NCBI GenBank assembly: GCA_951406725.2
Contig: OX597817.1
Location: 39,990,001 to 40,054,000, forward strand
From: Octopus vulgaris
Taxonomy: Eukaryota
Reading direction: 5' to 3'
Length of the DNA stretch: 64,000 bases
Shown here piece by piece: positions 61,001 to 64,000 of this stretch (its first letter is position 1; each line of letters begins with the position of its first letter). The notes beneath the pieces are model-generated. The model saw only the letters and a list, made by a program, of their open reading frames with translations, was not told the DNA's origin and did not search any database. The translations under genes were made by a program, and so were the position numbers.

Positions 61001-61167
61001 AAAATTCACTTTGACTGGAGAAATATATTCCCATATGAAAGATTTAATATCTTTGGTAAAAGTCCAGGAGAACAAGTGCCAAAGCTGCAGTGCTGAGATG
61101 CTGATTATATTAAAACTGAAAGTCAATTATTTAGTAACTGCATGAAAAATGATCAGAAGTTTAACAG
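61001..61167 (+). pseudogene. Decayed partial duplicate of the 5' half of exon 18 (pseudo-exon)
   Basis: Reading from 61020 gives EIYSHMKDLISLVKVQENKCQSCSAEMLIILKLKVNYLVTA*, versus exon 18 EIDSHMKEIMPLVKVQENKYQSCSAEMPTVMKLKVNQVVTAQ. Original acceptor lost; TGA at 61143-61145. Confidence 0.9.
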
Positions 61168-61325
61168 TGTTTATTTAAATTGATGAGTGATTCTGTCCAG
61201 TTATTGTCAAACTGAACTACACCAGCTTATCAATAAATAATGCTTAAGTCACAGCCAACCACATAATTGGGGATTAGCCTCTTGTCTTAACCAAGAACAC
61301 TGGATTTGATAGGGAAAATGTGTTG

Positions 61326-61371
<46 letters not shown>

Positions 61372-61654
61372 ACATATGTGCCTATATATGTATATGCACA
61401 AACGAATATACTTTACTTACATAAATAGAGAGGTAGATAGATAGAGGGAGTGAGAGAGAGAGAGTGTAATCATCATTATCATCATTATTTAACATCTATT
61501 TCCATGCTGCTATGGTTTGGAGGGTTTGGTAAGGGCTGACAACCCAGAGAACTGCACCAGGCCCCAGTGATTTTCATGGCTGGATGTCCTTCCTAATGTC
61601 AACCACCAGTGCTTTTTATGTGACATCGGTACAGCAACTTTTTACATGACACCA

Positions 61655-61786
61655 GCTAAGATCAAAGTGTCGTATCTATTCTTATCTGATAAAATCCCTA
61701 TTCGGGGCCATCGATATTTAAACTGATTTTTAGAACAAGGCAAAGAGTCAGGGTCTTGCTCCATCTTTCCCTGGTATTGCAGATAC
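61655..61786 (+). pseudogene. U2 snRNA pseudogene (5'-truncated, two internal deletions)
   Basis: Collinear U2 blocks: GCTAAGATCAAAGTGTcGTATCTaTTCTTATC, TGATA, Sm-like GATTTTTa, CTTGCTCC, CTGGTATTGCAG. Confidence 0.88.
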
Positions 61787-61802
61787 TGTAATATATATGT
61801 AT

Positions 61803-61999
61803 TCTTTTCCTTGTTTCAGTCATTTGACTGTGGCCATACTGGAGCACAACCTTTAGTTGAACAAATCAAGTTGAACAAATCAAGTTGAACAAATCAACCC
61901 AGGTCTTTGTAAGCCTAATACTTATTCTATTGGTCTCTATTGCCGAACAGTTGTCAATCGATGGTAGGACAAACACAGATGCACAAATACATACATATG

Positions 62000-62044
<45 letters not shown>

Positions 62045-62203
62045 ATCTTCTTTCAGTTTCCCTCTACCAAATCCACTGATAAGGCTTTGGTCAGCCCGAG
62101 GCTATAGTAGAAGACACTTGCCCAAGATGCCACACAATGGGAATGAACCCAGAACCATGTGGTTGGGAAGCAAGCTTCTTACCACGTAGCTACTCCTGCA
62201 CCT
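61803..62203 (-). mobile_element. SINE family A with an internal 14-bp triplication (GTTGAACAAATCAA)
   Basis: Reverse complement of 58829-59220. Confidence 0.88.
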
Positions 62204-62251
62204 ATATAAAATATAGTAAAATATAGATATAAATACTTGTATTGTAGTTTC

Positions 62252-62332
62252 AGTGACTTTGAAGTTTCAGCCAGCCAAGCCATCATCAGACAGTCCAATG
62301 ATGGCTTAGCTGACCAAAACTTTGAAGTCACT
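62252..62332. repeat. 40-bp-arm inverted repeat made of two opposed hammerhead-like motifs (Penelope-type inverted end)
   Basis: Arms 62252-62291 and 62293-62332 match at 32/40 and all mismatches are transitions; consensus CAGT CYGATGA T GGC ttrgctg GCC GAA ACTTCGAAGT C ACTG. Confidence 0.7.
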
Positions 62333-62450
62333 ATCAATATTATTCTTGTTAAATAATAATAAATTAGTCCTCCACCACATGTATCGAGTAGTCCTTTGAC
62401 TTAATGTAAAACTGTTTTGACTACAGCTTAAAAACAAACATTAATATATA

Positions 62451-62897
62451 TCATCATCATTATCATCGTTGTCATTTAATGTCCATTTTCCAAGCTGGCA
62501 TGGGTTGGACGGTTTGACTGAGGGCTGGCAAGCCAGAAGGCTGCACCAGGCTCCAATCTGATCTGGCAGAGTTTCTACAGCTGGATGCCCTCCCTAATGC
62601 CAACCACTCCAAGAGTGTAGTGGGTGCTTTTTACATGCCAACGGCACAAGGACCAGTCAGGTGGTATTGGCATCAACCATGCTCTGATGGTGCTTTTTAC
62701 ATGCCACCAGCACAGGTACCAATCAGGCAGTACTGTCATCAGCCACAACAACGACTTCACTTGCCTCAACAGGTCTTCGCAAGCACAGATTATTGCCCAA
62801 TGATTGAAGAGTACTCTTAAATGGGCTTGTTATTCTGCACTGGCATAGGCTATGGTTATGGTCTCACTTTGCTTGCCGGGTCTTCTCAAGCACAGCA
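62451..62897 (-). mobile_element. Family D element
   Basis: Same tail and internal units as 37793-38195. Confidence 0.8.
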
Positions 62898-62916
62898 TAA
62901 TATATATATATATATA

Positions 62917-62969
<53 letters not shown>

Positions 62970-63656
62970 GAGCACACATATGTATGTGTATATATAAATA
63001 TGTATGTAAATGTTAAAGTAATGTTATTATTTTAAAGCATTTCTAAAAATAATAACCAAGCATTTACTGATGTTGTGACTCTATACTCAGAGTAGAGTCA
63101 AATTTATTGTGAAAATCCAGTTGACTGGGATTTCGCAATATGCATGTATGCATGTGCATGTTGCCTTCTTGGACATGTTGCCTTGAGGGTACAAATATAT
63201 CAAACAGTAGTAAGGACTCTGTAGCTTTAAATGATACAATGCAACCTCATTAGTATTGGTATCACAATAAAACGCACCCTGTACATTGTGTGAAGTACAT
63301 AACCTCATTATTGCTAGTGCCATGATAAAATGCACCATTGGGTGCATTTTATTAAAACACAAGCAATCTATAATGCAGTTAGTGAAAGATAGAGACAAGG
63401 TAGGGTTGAGAAAACTCTTTGGTCTTGATGTCATAACCACTTCTCTAGTGCTGGGGCTACAATAAAATGTATCCTGTACATTCCTGTAAAGTAGTTGATG
63501 ATAAGAAAGGCATCGAGCTAATGAAACATAGTAAAAAATTGCAGTGTATGAGTGGGACATGGTCTCTTGACTCATGTCATTGTGTAGTAACATCATATAG
63601 GAACCAACTTGGACTGTGAAGACTTGTCCAACACATACCAGCATAGAAAAGTGGAA

Positions 63657-63870
63657 AGCAGCGAGCTGGCAGAAACATTAGCACGCTGGGCAAAATGTTT
63701 AGTGGTATTTCATCTGCCGTTACGTTCTGAGTTCAAATTCCACCGAGGTCGACTTTGCCTTCCATCCTTTCGGGGTTGATTAAATAAGTACCAGTTATGC
63801 ACTGGAGTCAATGTAATCGACTTAATCCGTTTGTCCCCTTTGTGTTTAGCCCCTTCTGGGTAATAAACAA
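63657..63870 (+). mobile_element. SINE family B
   Basis: Collinear with 9271-9505. Confidence 0.85.
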
Positions 63871-64000
63871 AAAATAGAAAAGTGGACATAAAAGTGATGG
63901 TGGTGGTGGTAGTGGTTCTAGGTGCTAGTGGGGGATAGAAGTCATCCTTGTTGTCATCATTATTGTCATTGTCTTCGCCTATGCTACCAATGCCATGGAA

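Noticed and set aside
63087-63644. 185-aa minus-strand ORF
   Set aside because: Made of decayed family D-like repeat sequence; no domain recognised.

Overview
Eukaryotic, AT-rich, microsatellite- and SINE-dense genomic DNA. The repeat families look like those of an octopod cephalopod (inference from recall, no search run). The window holds the middle of one large + strand gene: 18 coding exons (13200-60307) with GT-AG introns and matching phases, giving an uninterrupted 3564-nt / 1188-aa frame of about 11 spectrin-type repeats. It is most like the rod of a nesprin-1/Msp300 giant protein (a spectraplakin or dystrophin-type rod is not excluded), and neither terminus is in the window. Introns carry several tRNA-derived SINE families, CR1 and RTE LINE remnants and TA-, TTAA- and 8-bp-TSD MITEs. 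Main second-look items: five unrelated repeat sequences that each parse as a minimal type I hammerhead ribozyme (best copies antisense to the gene), a decayed U2 snRNA copy, a decayed partial copy of exon 18, inverted SINE pairs around in-frame single-repeat exons, and a SINE 3' tail shared with a resident CR1 LINE. Nearly all ORFs in the supplied track are microsatellite or SINE artefacts.
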